From assembly GCA_964524035.1 (NCBI GenBank), contig CAZGBP010000004.1:2862-66861 (forward strand): a DNA stretch of 64,000 bases, given 5' to 3'. Both the position numbers and the translations under genes were made by a program. The DNA comes from an uncultured Bifidobacteriaceae bacterium. GTDB taxonomy: Bacteria; Bacteroidota; Bacteroidia; Chitinophagales; UBA10324. This document shows, piece by piece, positions 1-11,259 of the stretch. The notes beneath the pieces are model-generated. The model had not been told where the DNA came from, made no database searches, and saw only the letters and a list, made by a program, of their open reading frames with translations. The stretch's first letter is position 1. Every line of letters begins with the position of its first letter.

Positions 1-1446
1 ATAAACCGCCTCGCCTACAAATTTCAAAGCGCGGCTTTAAACGATTATGCTATTCAATGTTACCAGCGTGCACGAAAAATATTCAATGCAGAAAACTCTG
101 ATTTATTCCTATCCGAACTGGCTTCGCTTTACAGAAAAAATAATGATGTGCCCAACGTCATCGACTGCTACCTCAATATAGTGGACTATAACCCGTCAAT
201 GGCGGATGAAGTGGAAGGGCAGTTGCAACCCTTAATAGAATCGGCAGATTATGCACGGCAACTGCAATCTGAATTGTATCGCCGCATTCAGAAAAAAACG
301 GATAATGAAGTATTTGCTGAGATGCTGATCTGGTATTTCATTCAAAAAAAGGACTTTGCCTCAGCCTTTCAACAGGTGAAGGCGCTGGACAAACGCAACA
401 AGGAAGAAGGACAGCGAATATTCCAGTTTGCACAATCGGCTTTTGATGAAGGCAATTATGATGCAGCACTCTCTGCTTACCGTTATATCATCACGGAGAA
501 AGGTCAAAACAGTTTTCTCTACCTGCCGGCGCGTACCAGCGAACTAACCACGGAAAAAATAAAACTTACCGTTCAACACACTTACACTCCTGAGGAACTG
601 ACCCGGCTGGAACGCAACTATGAAACTTTTTTTGAGGAATTTGGAAAAAGTGCACAAACCCTTGTGACCCTCCGTGATTATGCCAATTTAGAAGCTAAAT
701 ACCTTCACCATATTGACAAGGCTATCAGCATCGCGCAGGAAGCAGTGGGTATTCCGACGAATGAAAAAAAATTAACCGGTTATCTGAAAATGGACCTGGG
801 TGATTACTACCTGATAAAAAATGAAGTATGGGAAGCTACCCTGCTTTATTCACAGGTTGACAAAGCATTTAAGGAAGATGAATTGGGTGAAGAGGCACGG
901 TTTAAAAATGCCCGCCTGAGCTTCTACATGGGCGACTTTCCATGGTCGCAGGCGCAACTGGATGTACTGAAAGGTTCTACCTCTGAATTGGTAGCCAATG
1001 ATGCGCTCGCTTTGTCTGTTTTTATGACAGACAATATGGGGCTGGATACTTCAACCATACCGATGGAAATGTATTCCCGTGCCGACCTGTTGATCTTCCA
1101 GAACAAGTTTGAAGGAGCTATCCAGACTTTAGATTCCATTACTGCAGCATTTCCAAAAAATTCGCTTGCCGATGATGTACTGTTTGCCAAAGGAAGAGTT
1201 TATCTGGCTACTCAGAATTATCCGGAAGCCGCCTCCATTTTCGAACAGGTCGACAAAGATTACTCGACAGATCTGCTTGCCGATGATGCGCTTTTTCAAC
1301 TGGCTGAATTGTATGAGAAGTATCTCAATAACAAAGAAAAGGCTATGGAATTGTATAAAGACATCCTGCTGAAGTATAAAGGCAGCATCTATGTAGTTGA
1401 AGCCCGGAAACGATTCAGGGAACTGCGTGGCGATGCTTTGAACTAA
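1..1446 (+). CDS. Tetratricopeptide-repeat (TPR) protein, 5' end cut by the window edge
   Basis: Frame 1 is open from base 1 with no stop upstream of the listed 148 start, so the gene continues off-window. The sequence is helical-repeat rich, with recurring A/Y/L patterns typical of TPR (e.g. DDALFQLAELYEKYLNNKEKAMELYKDIL). Confidence 0.7.
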   Translation: MNRLAYKFQSAALNDYAIQCYQRARKIFNAENSDLFLSELASLYRKNNDVPNVIDCYLNIVDYNPSMADEVEGQLQPLIESADYARQLQSELYRRIQKKTDNEVFAEMLIWYFIQKKDFASAFQQVKALDKRNKEEGQRIFQFAQSAFDEGNYDAALSAYRYIITEKGQNSFLYLPARTSELTTEKIKLTVQHTYTPEELTRLERNYETFFEEFGKSAQTLVTLRDYANLEAKYLHHIDKAISIAQEAVGIPTNEKKLTGYLKMDLGDYYLIKNEVWEATLLYSQVDKAFKEDELGEEARFKNARLSFYMGDFPWSQAQLDVLKGSTSELVANDALALSVFMTDNMGLDTSTIPMEMYSRADLLIFQNKFEGAIQTLDSITAAFPKNSLADDVLFAKGRVYLATQNYPEAASIFEQVDKDYSTDLLADDALFQLAELYEKYLNNKEKAMELYKDILLKYKGSIYVVEARKRFRELRGDALN

Positions 1447-1549
1447 CCTCTTCTTAAATTACTTCTCATTTTCAGATCTGAATGCAGGAGACTAACCCTC
1501 ACCTTCCCGGAATTGGTTTTAGCTGCCTGGCTGCCACACCGGAATATCA

Positions 1550-1707
1550 GGTGTACGACAAATTGGATGTAGATTATTGAGACATTCTAGTTAAATGAGT
1601 AAAGCAAAGCAAGTGATCGGCTTCGCCGCAGTAATTTAACCATTTAACCATTTTGCAATTTGACCCAACAACCATTGCTTCACAAGATGAACGAATTGTC
1701 GTACACC
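1550..1707 (+). mobile_element. MITE-like non-autonomous element, copy 1 (158 bp)
   Basis: Perfect 12-bp terminal inverted repeat GGTGTACGACAA (1550-1561) / TTGTCGTACACC (1696-1707). It is flanked by the direct repeats CGGAATATCA (1540-1549) and CGGAATATCC (1708-1717), which match at 9/10 positions. It aligns in reverse orientation to 49285-49442. There is no ORF inside. Confidence 0.75.
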
Positions 1708-1792
1708 CGGAATATCCCTTTGCCTTTCAATTTCAAGAATTGATTTAGATTTGCTCACCTGCTGGTTTCCCGCGTTCAACTGCAAATGCAAC

Positions 1793-4700
1793 ATGATGGT
1801 TAGCACATTTACATGGAGATTACTTTGCTTCCTTTGCCTTCCTGCACTTATCTTGTGTACTGTTACTGCCAATGCACAGTTTTCAGCCCCGGCACATTCT
1901 TCCGTTACACTTATTGCAAATGATGCAGGCCAGACAACACTTAAGTTTGAAACGGGAGGCATTCGTGCAACCGCGATAAACACCACTTTGGGTGAGTCGC
2001 TTATCCTCAGCATTGACCAGGGCACTCCGATACTGCAAAAAGGTTTTCCGGATCTGCCGAAGCTGACCGCAGGCATCATCATTCCCGATGATAAGCATAT
2101 GGAAGTCAACGTTATTTCCTCGCATTATACAGATTATGAAAATATATCGATAGCTCCTTCCAAAGGGTCGCTGATGCGGGATGTGGATCCGGCTACCATC
2201 CCTTACGCCTATGGCGATACCTATGAGGAAAATAATTTCTTTCCAAAACAAATTGCCTCATTGCGCGAACCATATATTCTTCGTGATTATCGTGCACAAA
2301 CCGTAATCATCTATCCAATACAATACAATCCTGTAACAAAAAGACTGCGCGTATTTTCAACGGTAGTCGTTTCAGTATCAGCAAGCAATCAGGCGGCTAC
2401 CAATGTGCTGCATAGAAACCCCAAAGCGGAAATCAGGACTCCTTCCGTATTTAACGAACTCTACCGGAAACGCTTTATCAATTTTGAAACTGATACCCGT
2501 TACGAACAACTGCAGGAAGAAGGTAACTTCCTCATCATCAGTCATGGCCCTTTCATGAATGCCATGCAACCATTGGTTGCATGGAAGAATCAAAAAGGTA
2601 TACGGACTGAAATGGTGGATGTGGCGGCCATTGGAAATGATAAGACCTCCATCAAAAATTATGTTGCCTCCTATTACAATACCAATGGACTGACCTACCT
2701 GTTACTCGTAGGTGATGCTGCGCAAGTTGCTGCAGGCAGCACCGGAGCCGGAGATGCTGACAACGACTATGGCTACATTCTTGGTGAAGACCATTACCAG
2801 GAGATTTTTGTCGGGCGATTTTCCGCTGAAACCGAGTCGGACGTGATCTACCAGGTGAGCAAAACTATCGCGTATGAAAAAAATCCACCGGCTGACGGCT
2901 ATTTCTCAAATGGTGTTTGCATTGCTTCCAATGAAGGGGCAGGCATCGGGGATGAAGGCGAAGCCGACTTTGAACACCAGGACCTGATCAGGGAACAATT
3001 GCTTGCTTATAATTATACTGATGTTGCAGAATTATTTGATGGCACACATGGTAATGCTGATGCGCCGGGCGATCCTGTCGCAAATGATCTTTCCACCTTG
3101 ATCAATACCGGAACCGGACTTGTTTCCTATACAGGCCATGGCAGCGGAAGCAGCCTGAGTACGACTGATTTCAGCATTATTGATGCAAACAACCTGGTTA
3201 ACACCGCCAAATGGCCGTTTGTATGGGTCGTTGGATGCAGCGTTGGTCAATTTAACGGCACTACCTGCCTTGCAGAAGCTTTAGCGCGCAGTAACCACAA
3301 TGGAGAACCGGCCGGAACAGTGGCCTCCTTTATGTCTACCATACTGCAGAGCTGGGCTGAACCGATGGAAGCACAGGATGAAATAAATTTGATTCTTACA
3401 GAAAGCTATCCTGAAAATATTAAACGCACTTTTGGCGGCTTGTCTATAAACGGCTGTTTCAGCATGAATGATGCGTATGGAACTACAGGTTATAACATGA
3501 CTGACACGTGGACCCTTTTCGGTGATCCTTCACTGGAAATTCGAACAGCCCTGCCCACACCCGTTAATGCTACGCATGCACCAACCATAGAGTTAGGCAC
3601 CACCCAGTTCACGGTAGATTGCGATGCGGAAAATGCATTGGCTTGCCTTTCCGTAAATGGCACCATTATCAGTACGGCAACCGTTACAGCAGGCCTTGCT
3701 GAACTTAATTTTGCACCGCTTACTGTTCAGGATACCCTGATAATAACCATAACCGGATACAATAAGTCACCATACATTAACCATATTCCGGCGCTTCAAC
3801 CGGCCGGGGCTTTTATATTCAATACCGGCCTTTCCATTAATGATACCGGCGGTAACGGTAATGGGCTTGCTGATTTTAACGAGAACCTGCTGTTGGATAT
3901 CACCCTTCAAAATTCCGGGTTATCGGATGCTGCAGGCATCACGGCAACCATTTCCACAACTGATGCTTATATCTCCATTACCGATGGTACCGCAACCCAT
4001 CCCGCCATTGCCAGTAATGATGCTGCCACTCTTCAAAATGCCTTTGCATTAACCATCGCAGATAACGTGCCGGATGAGCATACTGCCTTGTTTAATTGCA
4101 TGGTGACTGACAATGCAGGCAATACCTGGAATATGCCGTTCCCGCTACTGCTGCATGCACCGTCACTTGCGGTTACCGCTTTTGAAATCGATGATGCCAC
4201 GGGTGGCAATGGCAACGGGTTCCTTGATCCGTCTGAAACCGCAACGATCACTATGAGCCTGGTGAATCAGGGACACAGCAATATTTCTGATGCAATTGCC
4301 ACCTTGTCGGAAAGCAGCGCATTCATCAGTATTGATGATCCTGTTGCTGCTGTTGGTAACCTGCTTACCGGCGAAAATATGCTGGCTACCTTCGAAGTTA
4401 TGGTAGCACCTGATGCTACCTATGGTATTGATGTTCCGTTTAGTTGTTCCCTGCAGGCAGGTGCGTATCAAAGCACACTTGATTTTAAGACAGCAATTAG
4501 CCCGGCTATTGAAGACTTTGAAAGCAATGATTTTGCAAGCTATAACTGGCAGCAAAGCGGAACCGCAAACTGGTTCACTACAACTGAAAATGCCTGGGAG
4601 GGCACTTATTGCAGCAGGTCGGGAGACATCGGAAATAATGAGTCATCCATACTTGAAATAGTAGCAGATGTGCAGTTTGAGGATGACCTTTCCTTTGTCC

Positions 4701-5209
4701 ATAAAGTTTCCTCTGAAGCGAACTATGATTTTCTGAAATTCTATATTGACGGAGAACTAAAAAACCAATGGTCGGGAGAATCCGGATGGACAAAATCATC
4801 TTACCAGGTAGATAGCGGCGAACATTCTTTCAAATGGGTTTATATGAAAGACGGCTATTTTAACGATGGTGAAGATGCGGCATGGCTCGATTATATTGAA
4901 TTGCCGGCTTTTGAAGTGAATACGACAACAACTGTTGATGCCGTAACACCTGCTTCTTCATTTGCAGTGTATCCCAATCCGTTTGAACGCTTCATCACCA
5001 TCAGCTATGAGGTTCATGCACCTGGTGATGTATCGATTAACTTATACAATGCTTACGGACAATGGATCAGGCAACTCTATAATAACAGGCAATCTGCGGG
5101 TGATTACCAGTTCGCATTTGATGGCGAACAGCTTTCGCCCGGTGTCTATCTGCTGGCCATTACCATCGACGGCACTACCAGTATTCAAAAACTGATCACC
5201 GGTAACTAG
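1793..5209 (+). CDS. Gingipain-like cysteine peptidase (family C25) with T9SS C-terminal sorting domain
   Basis: Signal peptide MMVSTFTWRLLCFLCLPALILCTVTANAQ starts at the ATG at 1793. C25 core motifs are present: LLLVGDA, YTGHGS (catalytic His context) and VVGCSVGQF (catalytic Cys context). There are two internal Ig/CARDB-like modules, each with GGNGNG. The C-terminus (VYPNPF...GVYLLAITIDG...QKLI) is typical of T9SS CTDs. Confidence 0.85.
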   Translation: MMVSTFTWRLLCFLCLPALILCTVTANAQFSAPAHSSVTLIANDAGQTTLKFETGGIRATAINTTLGESLILSIDQGTPILQKGFPDLPKLTAGIIIPDDKHMEVNVISSHYTDYENISIAPSKGSLMRDVDPATIPYAYGDTYEENNFFPKQIASLREPYILRDYRAQTVIIYPIQYNPVTKRLRVFSTVVVSVSASNQAATNVLHRNPKAEIRTPSVFNELYRKRFINFETDTRYEQLQEEGNFLIISHGPFMNAMQPLVAWKNQKGIRTEMVDVAAIGNDKTSIKNYVASYYNTNGLTYLLLVGDAAQVAAGSTGAGDADNDYGYILGEDHYQEIFVGRFSAETESDVIYQVSKTIAYEKNPPADGYFSNGVCIASNEGAGIGDEGEADFEHQDLIREQLLAYNYTDVAELFDGTHGNADAPGDPVANDLSTLINTGTGLVSYTGHGSGSSLSTTDFSIIDANNLVNTAKWPFVWVVGCSVGQFNGTTCLAEALARSNHNGEPAGTVASFMSTILQSWAEPMEAQDEINLILTESYPENIKRTFGGLSINGCFSMNDAYGTTGYNMTDTWTLFGDPSLEIRTALPTPVNATHAPTIELGTTQFTVDCDAENALACLSVNGTIISTATVTAGLAELNFAPLTVQDTLIITITGYNKSPYINHIPALQPAGAFIFNTGLSINDTGGNGNGLADFNENLLLDITLQNSGLSDAAGITATISTTDAYISITDGTATHPAIASNDAATLQNAFALTIADNVPDEHTALFNCMVTDNAGNTWNMPFPLLLHAPSLAVTAFEIDDATGGNGNGFLDPSETATITMSLVNQGHSNISDAIATLSESSAFISIDDPVAAVGNLLTGENMLATFEVMVAPDATYGIDVPFSCSLQAGAYQSTLDFKTAISPAIEDFESNDFASYNWQQSGTANWFTTTENAWEGTYCSRSGDIGNNESSILEIVADVQFEDDLSFVHKVSSEANYDFLKFYIDGELKNQWSGESGWTKSSYQVDSGEHSFKWVYMKDGYFNDGEDAAWLDYIELPAFEVNTTTTVDAVTPASSFAVYPNPFERFITISYEVHAPGDVSINLYNAYGQWIRQLYNNRQSAGDYQFAFDGEQLSPGVYLLAITIDGTTSIQKLITGN

Positions 5210-5248
5210 CGGCACATACTATAACGAATTTCCAGGCTTACGTAAGAT

Positions 5249-7060
5249 TCAGTGAATCGCAGCCACCTTCACTTTCAAATCATCAATATAAATTGTTTTG
5301 TCGCTGTCCACATTCCAGAAAGAAATCTGCAGTGTATCGGCCTTATGTGATGGGCGGCAATGTATATCAACAGTTACGGTTTGCCATTTGCCTTGCTCTG
5401 TATTCCGCTGAATGCGCATCATGTTATTCCAAACTTCTTTCTTATCGGCCAACAGCTTTAGATTAAACTGGGTCATTAACCAGGTATTCCATTCCTTATC
5501 AGGAAAAAAAACACTGGCTGAAACACGAATCCACAGTTCCTTCCCTGCTTCAACCGGTATATAATAGGGTACCGATTCCTGGATACTGTCGTTTAGTTTG
5601 ATCAGCAGGCCATCAGCAGGACTATTCAATTCATGAATTCGGTCAAACTCCGGCGATTTTATTTCATAAATTACTTGAAGCTTATCTATCAGTGCTGCGG
5701 GCATTTCTTCCTTGCTGTCCAGCATCTTTTTATCTGAAGGTTCAATGGAAGTTTTTCCAAAAATCCGCCAGTAATAGGCGCGCGTCATATTCTCCGCTTC
5801 AAAAATTCCCTTTGCATGACATTGATAGGTTTGAATCAGGTTCAGCCAGCAACAAAACAGCACAACAAGTACCACCACGGGGCGCAACAGTTTTTGTACG
5901 ATTGCAAATTCAAAAAATGCAGCCATTGGAAAAATCAGTATGGCATACGATTGTATCATAGCCCTTGAACCAAAACTACCGCCATACCACCAGATATCCC
6001 ATGAGTAGACGATATATATGTTGATTATTGAAAAAAGAAAGCATGTCGCAAAAATTTCCTTATGATTTTTATACAGCCAGATGAAACCGATCAGTGCCAA
6101 TGCCATCACCGGTGTGTAAATGAGCCATCCGTTACGGAAAGTAAAAATGCCTTCATATAAATGCGGGCTTGTCCAGCTAAAGCCCTGTTCCTGATAGCTA
6201 TAATACACCCAATCCCCTGAAACCGCTTTCCAATAAATTAATTGAGGCAGTATCAATAGGGCAAATGCTACAGCAGCCAGCAATAACTTCCATAGTTGTT
6301 TGTGGAGAAAATGCAGCCGGTCCTTCAATCCACTGCCCGCATCCATTCCCCAAAAAAAGGGAATCAGCAGGATGATGATTTCTGTTGGACGGGTAACAGT
6401 GGCCAATCCGCACAAAGCACCGATAAGCAGGCTACGCAATACCGTTGGCTTCTCATACCATTTCATCGTCAGCCAAATCACCACAGCATATATCGTAAAC
6501 AGGTAATTATGCGTCATCGCGCCTCCAAAAGAAACATAGTTGAAATAATTGGTTGCCAGTACCAGCACCAGTAAAACAACAGCAACAATGCGATCATCAA
6601 AAAACCTGAGCAGATTTTTTCTTGTAAACCATAATCCAATCCAGGATACCAGGATACTCCCGAATGAAATCATAACCTGATACGGATAAGAAAATCCATC
6701 GGCCGCATAACCGGAAACCTGCGCCCAGAGATGCGCCAGTCCGAAGAAAGGGAGATACATCAATGACATCCCCATGGAATACTTCATCAGGTAGTTGCCA
6801 TTGGGTAACTGGAAGGCATTGCCGAAGCCATACACCGGATGATACGTATCGAGAATGTAAGGCAACTGATGCAACTTGCTGATATCATCGTAAAAGAAAG
6901 AAGGCAGGTATAGGTAATAACCCATCACATCCCAGCTTATGGTTGCTTCTGTCTCACCGATGTTCCATTTAGGATAAAGAAAAGCGGCGACCACCAAAAA
7001 CACACAAACAAAGAAAAGAGTGTATAGCGAAAAACGGTTACTGCCGGAGGAACGTATCAT
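5249..7060 (-). CDS. Polytopic membrane protein, ArnT/PMT-like (GT-C) glycosyltransferase candidate with a C-terminal extracytoplasmic beta-rich domain
   Basis: 603 aa. About 12 hydrophobic segments are followed by a roughly 180-aa soluble tail. The overall layout resembles GT39/GT83-type lipid-linked sugar transferases. No sharp catalytic motif was verified by eye. Confidence 0.5.
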   Translation of the reverse strand: MIRSSGSNRFSLYTLFFVCVFLVVAAFLYPKWNIGETEATISWDVMGYYLYLPSFFYDDISKLHQLPYILDTYHPVYGFGNAFQLPNGNYLMKYSMGMSLMYLPFFGLAHLWAQVSGYAADGFSYPYQVMISFGSILVSWIGLWFTRKNLLRFFDDRIVAVVLLVLVLATNYFNYVSFGGAMTHNYLFTIYAVVIWLTMKWYEKPTVLRSLLIGALCGLATVTRPTEIIILLIPFFWGMDAGSGLKDRLHFLHKQLWKLLLAAVAFALLILPQLIYWKAVSGDWVYYSYQEQGFSWTSPHLYEGIFTFRNGWLIYTPVMALALIGFIWLYKNHKEIFATCFLFSIINIYIVYSWDIWWYGGSFGSRAMIQSYAILIFPMAAFFEFAIVQKLLRPVVVLVVLFCCWLNLIQTYQCHAKGIFEAENMTRAYYWRIFGKTSIEPSDKKMLDSKEEMPAALIDKLQVIYEIKSPEFDRIHELNSPADGLLIKLNDSIQESVPYYIPVEAGKELWIRVSASVFFPDKEWNTWLMTQFNLKLLADKKEVWNNMMRIQRNTEQGKWQTVTVDIHCRPSHKADTLQISFWNVDSDKTIYIDDLKVKVAAIH

Positions 7061-7256
7061 AGCGATCTTGCTGCAATCTGCATGAAATTTTCATTTCAAG
7101 CAACATCAGCAGCTATTTATCCATGAAACCAACAGCAAAAAGCATCGCGCTAAATGCAAGTGCATTTGCGAAGCTGGCCGGCATTTTCAACTACCCATTA
7201 CCATTTCCATCTGTCAATTTGTAATTTTACCGTCCTGCTCAAAGTCATCCAACTGT

Positions 7257-10200
7257 ATGAATCCAATTGCTCCTTACAAGCCAAAGAATAAAATACGTGT
7301 GGTAACCGCTGCATCTCTGTTTGACGGGCATGATGCCGCCATCAATATCATGCGTCGCATAATACAAGCCAGTGGTGCGGAAGTGATACATCTTGGCCAT
7401 GACAGGAGTGTGCAGGAAGTGGTAGACTGTGCTATACAGGAAGATGCCCAGGCCATTGCCATGACCAGTTACCAGGGGGGCCACATGGAATACTTCAAAT
7501 ATATGTTTGACCTGCTAAAAGAAAAAGGCTGCTCGCATATAAGGATCTTTGGCGGGGGTGGTGGTGTAATTCTTCCCGTGGAAATTGAAGAATTGCAGCA
7601 ATATGGCATTGCGAGAATTTATTCACCTGATGATGGCCGGGCTATGGGCCTTCAGGGAATGATTAATGATATGTTGCAGCAATGCGACTTTCCTACCGGT
7701 ATGCATTTGAATGGTGAAGTGAAAGAATTGAAAAACAGGAACCCACATGCCATTGCCACCCTGATCTCAGGAGCTGAAAATTTTCCTGAACAGTCAAAAA
7801 ACCTGTTGGAAGAAATCCATCAGATATCAAAACAAGTTAAAACGCCGGTATTGGGAATCACTGGTACGGGAGGTGCCGGTAAATCTTCGCTGGTAGATGA
7901 ACTGGTGCGCAGATTCCTGATTGATTTTAAGAGCAGTGCAGATGGGGGTGAAGGCAAAACAATAGCCATCATTTCCGTTGATCCGTCAAAACGCAAAACA
8001 GGGGGCGCTTTGCTGGGCGATCGTATCAGGATGAATTCGATCCGCAACAAGAGAGTGTTTATGCGCTCACTGGCTACAAGACAATCCAACCTTGCGCTGA
8101 GCAAATATGTGAAAGAAGCCATTGACATTGTAAAAGCTGCAAAATTCGACCTGATCATACTGGAAACTTCCGGCATCGGACAAAGTGATACGGAAATTAT
8201 CGAACACAGCGATCTCAGCCTGTATGTGATGACACCTGAATACGGTGCAGCTTCCCAACTGGAAAAAATCGACATGCTTGATTTCGCTGATATTATTGCG
8301 CTTAACAAATTTGACAAGCGGGGTGCCCTGGATGCTTTGCGCGATGTGAAAAAACAATATAAACGCAACCACCAGCTTTGGGATACGAATGATGAAGACA
8401 TCCCCGTTTTCGGAACCATTGCCTCCCAGTTCAACGATCCCGGCATGAATCGTTTGTATAAATCGGTGATGGATAAAATATCGGAGAAGACGGGTGCTGC
8501 ACTGAAACCACACCTGGACATCACCAGGGAGATGAGTGAAAAAATTTACATCATCCCGCCGGCACGCACCCGTTACCTGAGCGAGATTGCCGAAAACAAC
8601 AGAAAGTACGATCAATGGGTAATGAGGCAAAGTGAGGTAGCGCAGAAGTTATTTGCATTAAGTACCACGAGAAAGATGTTTGAAAGCGAAACAAAAGACG
8701 CTGCTTCAAAAACAACGGCCCTCGCCCACTTAAATGCACACTATTCCAACCTGGAGTTATTGCTCGATGGCCCGAACCGGAAATTATTGGAGCAATGGGA
8801 AGAAAAATGTAAAAACTACCGTGATGAATTTTATGTCTATAAAGTCCGTGGCAAGGATATCAAAGTGAAGACACATACCGAATCGCTCGCTCATACGCAG
8901 GTAGCCAAAGTAGCCACTCCTAAATTTGAAGCCTGGGGAGAAATTCTGAAATGGACGTTGAAAGAAAATTTTCCTGGAGAATTTCCATTTACAGCAGGCA
9001 TCTACCCTTTTAAACGCGAAGGAGAAGATCCAACACGCATGTTTGCAGGTGAAGGCGGTCCGGAAAGAACCAATAAGCGTTTTCACTATGTTTCGCTCGG
9101 CCTTCCTGCAAAAAGATTATCTACTGCATTTGATTCTGTTACGCTTTATGGACAGGATCCGGAATACCGGCCCGATATCTATGGCAAGATTGGCAACAGC
9201 GGTGTTTCCATTTGCTGCCTCGATGATGCGAAGAAACTATACAGCGGTTTTAACCTGGCCGATCCAAAAACGTCAGTGTCGATGACCATCAACGGGCCTG
9301 CAGCTATTATCACCGGATTCTTTATGAATGCAGCTATTGACCAGCAATGTGAATTATACATCAGGGAACATGGCCTTACTGAAATCGTAAATGAGAAAAT
9401 TGCGGAGATTTATAAACGCAAAAACACCATCCGTCCACAGTACCAGGGTACTTTGCCGGAAGGAAATAATGGGCTGGGCTTATTGTTACTGGGTGTTTCC
9501 GGTGACCAGGTGCTCGACGCGGATGTCTATAAAAAAATAAAAGAGCATACCCTCCACCAGGTTCGCGGAACTGTGCAGGCCGATATCCTGAAAGAAGACC
9601 AGGCGCAGAATACCTGTATCTTTTCTACCGAGTTTTCCCTGCGGCTGATGGGTGATGTGCAGGATTATTTTATCAAACATAAAGTCCGCAACTTCTACAG
9701 TGTTTCCATTTCCGGTTATCACATTGCCGAAGCGGGAGCAAACCCGATTACACAACTGGCTTTCACGCTGGCGAACGGATTTACCTATGTGGAATACTAT
9801 TTAAGCCGCGGTATGAACATCGACGACTTCGCACCAAACCTTTCCTTCTTCTTCAGCAATGGCATTGATCCGGAATATGCGGTGATCGGAAGAGTAGCCA
9901 GAAGAATCTGGGCCAAGGCGATGAAACTGAAGTACGGTGCCAATGAACGTTCGCAGATGCTGAAGTATCACATTCAAACCAGCGGCCGTTCATTGCATGC
10001 ACAGGAAATTGATTTCAACGACATCCGTACTACATTACAGGCACTGTATGCTATCTATGATAACTGCAATTCACTTCATACCAATGCGTATGATGAAGCC
10101 ATCACCACTCCAACAGAAGGTAGTGTGCGAAGAGCGATGGCCATTCAGTTAATCATCAACCGTGAACTGGGGCTGGCGAAAAATGAAAATCCCATGCAGG

Positions 10201-10664
10201 GATCTTTTATTACGGAAGAATTAACCGACTTAGTAGAAGAGGCCGTGCTTGCAGAGTTTGACCGGATTACGGAACGAGGTGGCGTGTTGGGTGCCATGGA
10301 AACGATGTACCAGCGCGGTAAAATCCAGGAAGAAAGCATGTATTATGAAACACTGAAACACAACGGAGATTATCCCATAATTGGTGTAAACACGTTCCTG
10401 AGTTCGAAAGGATCACCTACGATCATTCCTTCTGAAGTGATCCGTGCAACAACGGAAGAAAAAGAATACCAGATCAGCATGCTGAAAGAATTGCATACTA
10501 CCTATAGCGACATCACACCAGGGCTTTTATCCAAACTGCAAACCATTGCCATTCAGAATAAAAATATGTTTGACTCATTAATGGAAGCAACGAAGTACTG
10601 TTCGTTGGGACAGATTACGAATGCTTTGTTTGAAGTGGGTGGGCAGTACAGAAGGAATATGTAA
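7257..10664 (+). CDS. icmF: Fused isobutyryl-CoA mutase (B12-binding domain + MeaB-like GTPase + mutase barrel)
   Basis: N-terminal B12 domain with [10 protein letters not shown]. Central P-loop [13 protein letters not shown] plus [10 protein letters not shown] and NKFD G-motifs (MeaB-like). C-terminal methylmalonyl-CoA mutase-family catalytic domain. At 1135 aa the length fits IcmF. Confidence 0.9.
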   Translation: MNPIAPYKPKNKIRVVTAASLFDGHDAAINIMRRIIQASGAEVIHLGHDRSVQEVVDCAIQEDAQAIAMTSYQGGHMEYFKYMFDLLKEKGCSHIRIFGGGGGVILPVEIEELQQYGIARIYSPDDGRAMGLQGMINDMLQQCDFPTGMHLNGEVKELKNRNPHAIATLISGAENFPEQSKNLLEEIHQISKQVKTPVLGITGTGGAGKSSLVDELVRRFLIDFKSSADGGEGKTIAIISVDPSKRKTGGALLGDRIRMNSIRNKRVFMRSLATRQSNLALSKYVKEAIDIVKAAKFDLIILETSGIGQSDTEIIEHSDLSLYVMTPEYGAASQLEKIDMLDFADIIALNKFDKRGALDALRDVKKQYKRNHQLWDTNDEDIPVFGTIASQFNDPGMNRLYKSVMDKISEKTGAALKPHLDITREMSEKIYIIPPARTRYLSEIAENNRKYDQWVMRQSEVAQKLFALSTTRKMFESETKDAASKTTALAHLNAHYSNLELLLDGPNRKLLEQWEEKCKNYRDEFYVYKVRGKDIKVKTHTESLAHTQVAKVATPKFEAWGEILKWTLKENFPGEFPFTAGIYPFKREGEDPTRMFAGEGGPERTNKRFHYVSLGLPAKRLSTAFDSVTLYGQDPEYRPDIYGKIGNSGVSICCLDDAKKLYSGFNLADPKTSVSMTINGPAAIITGFFMNAAIDQQCELYIREHGLTEIVNEKIAEIYKRKNTIRPQYQGTLPEGNNGLGLLLLGVSGDQVLDADVYKKIKEHTLHQVRGTVQADILKEDQAQNTCIFSTEFSLRLMGDVQDYFIKHKVRNFYSVSISGYHIAEAGANPITQLAFTLANGFTYVEYYLSRGMNIDDFAPNLSFFFSNGIDPEYAVIGRVARRIWAKAMKLKYGANERSQMLKYHIQTSGRSLHAQEIDFNDIRTTLQALYAIYDNCNSLHTNAYDEAITTPTEGSVRRAMAIQLIINRELGLAKNENPMQGSFITEELTDLVEEAVLAEFDRITERGGVLGAMETMYQRGKIQEESMYYETLKHNGDYPIIGVNTFLSSKGSPTIIPSEVIRATTEEKEYQISMLKELHTTYSDITPGLLSKLQTIAIQNKNMFDSLMEATKYCSLGQITNALFEVGGQYRRNM

Positions 10665-10692
10665 AAACCCAGGTCACAACTTTACATTATAG

Positions 10693-11259
10693 AAAGATCC
10701 CAATGAAGCAGGAAAAACAACTGCCTCCATCACTATTCTCCCTGAGATTCACAACTGTCGTGAGTTTGTGAATGCAGATGAAATTGCTAAAGGCCTTTCA
10801 CCATTCCAACCAGAAACGGTTTCATTTGAAGCTGGCAGAATAATGCTCAACAGGATTTATCATTTGATTTCCTTTGGAGACACTTTCGCTTTTGAAACCA
10901 CTCTTTCAATCTTATCTTATCAATCACTGATCACGTTTGCAAAAAATCACGGCTATTCAATTCATCTTCTGTTCTTCTATTTGAATTCAATTGATTTAGC
11001 AAAGGGAAGGGTTGCAAGAAGAGTATCTGTAGGAGGACACAACATCCCTCAGGAAGTTATAGCACGCAGATATAATCGTGGCTTAGCAAATTTTTTTAGC
11101 CGTTTTATGAATATATCTGACAAATGGGATTTTTATGATAACTCCTTTGATGAGCCTGAATTAGTGGCAAGTGGAAGGGCTAATAAACCTGAAGTAATTG
11201 ATTTACCTGAATTATGGCCTGAATTAGCATCTCAGTATGGAAGAACACGCAAAATCTGA
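10693..11259 (+). pseudogene. Decayed zeta-toxin/AAA-kinase family gene (N-terminus and Walker A disrupted)
   Basis: The ORF-track protein starts at GTG 10768 (..FVNADEIAKGLSPF..FAFETTLS..GGHNIPQEVIARRYNRG), which is the body of zeta-toxin-like P-loop kinases. The same frame upstream reads KDPNEAGKTTASITILPEIHNCRE. That is a degenerate Walker A (DPNEAGKT instead of GxxGxGKT), immediately preceded by TAG at 10690-10692, and no start codon is available upstream. Confidence 0.65.

Noticed and set aside
7820-8630. Long minus-strand ORFs (234 and 187 aa) inside icmF
   Set aside because: They are antisense to a gene with unambiguous IcmF motifs. Their Ser/Leu-rich composition is typical of shadow frames. 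The same reasoning applies to the other internal antisense ORFs in the track (e.g. 22263-22781, 42616-43086, 56727-57266, 62569-62958).
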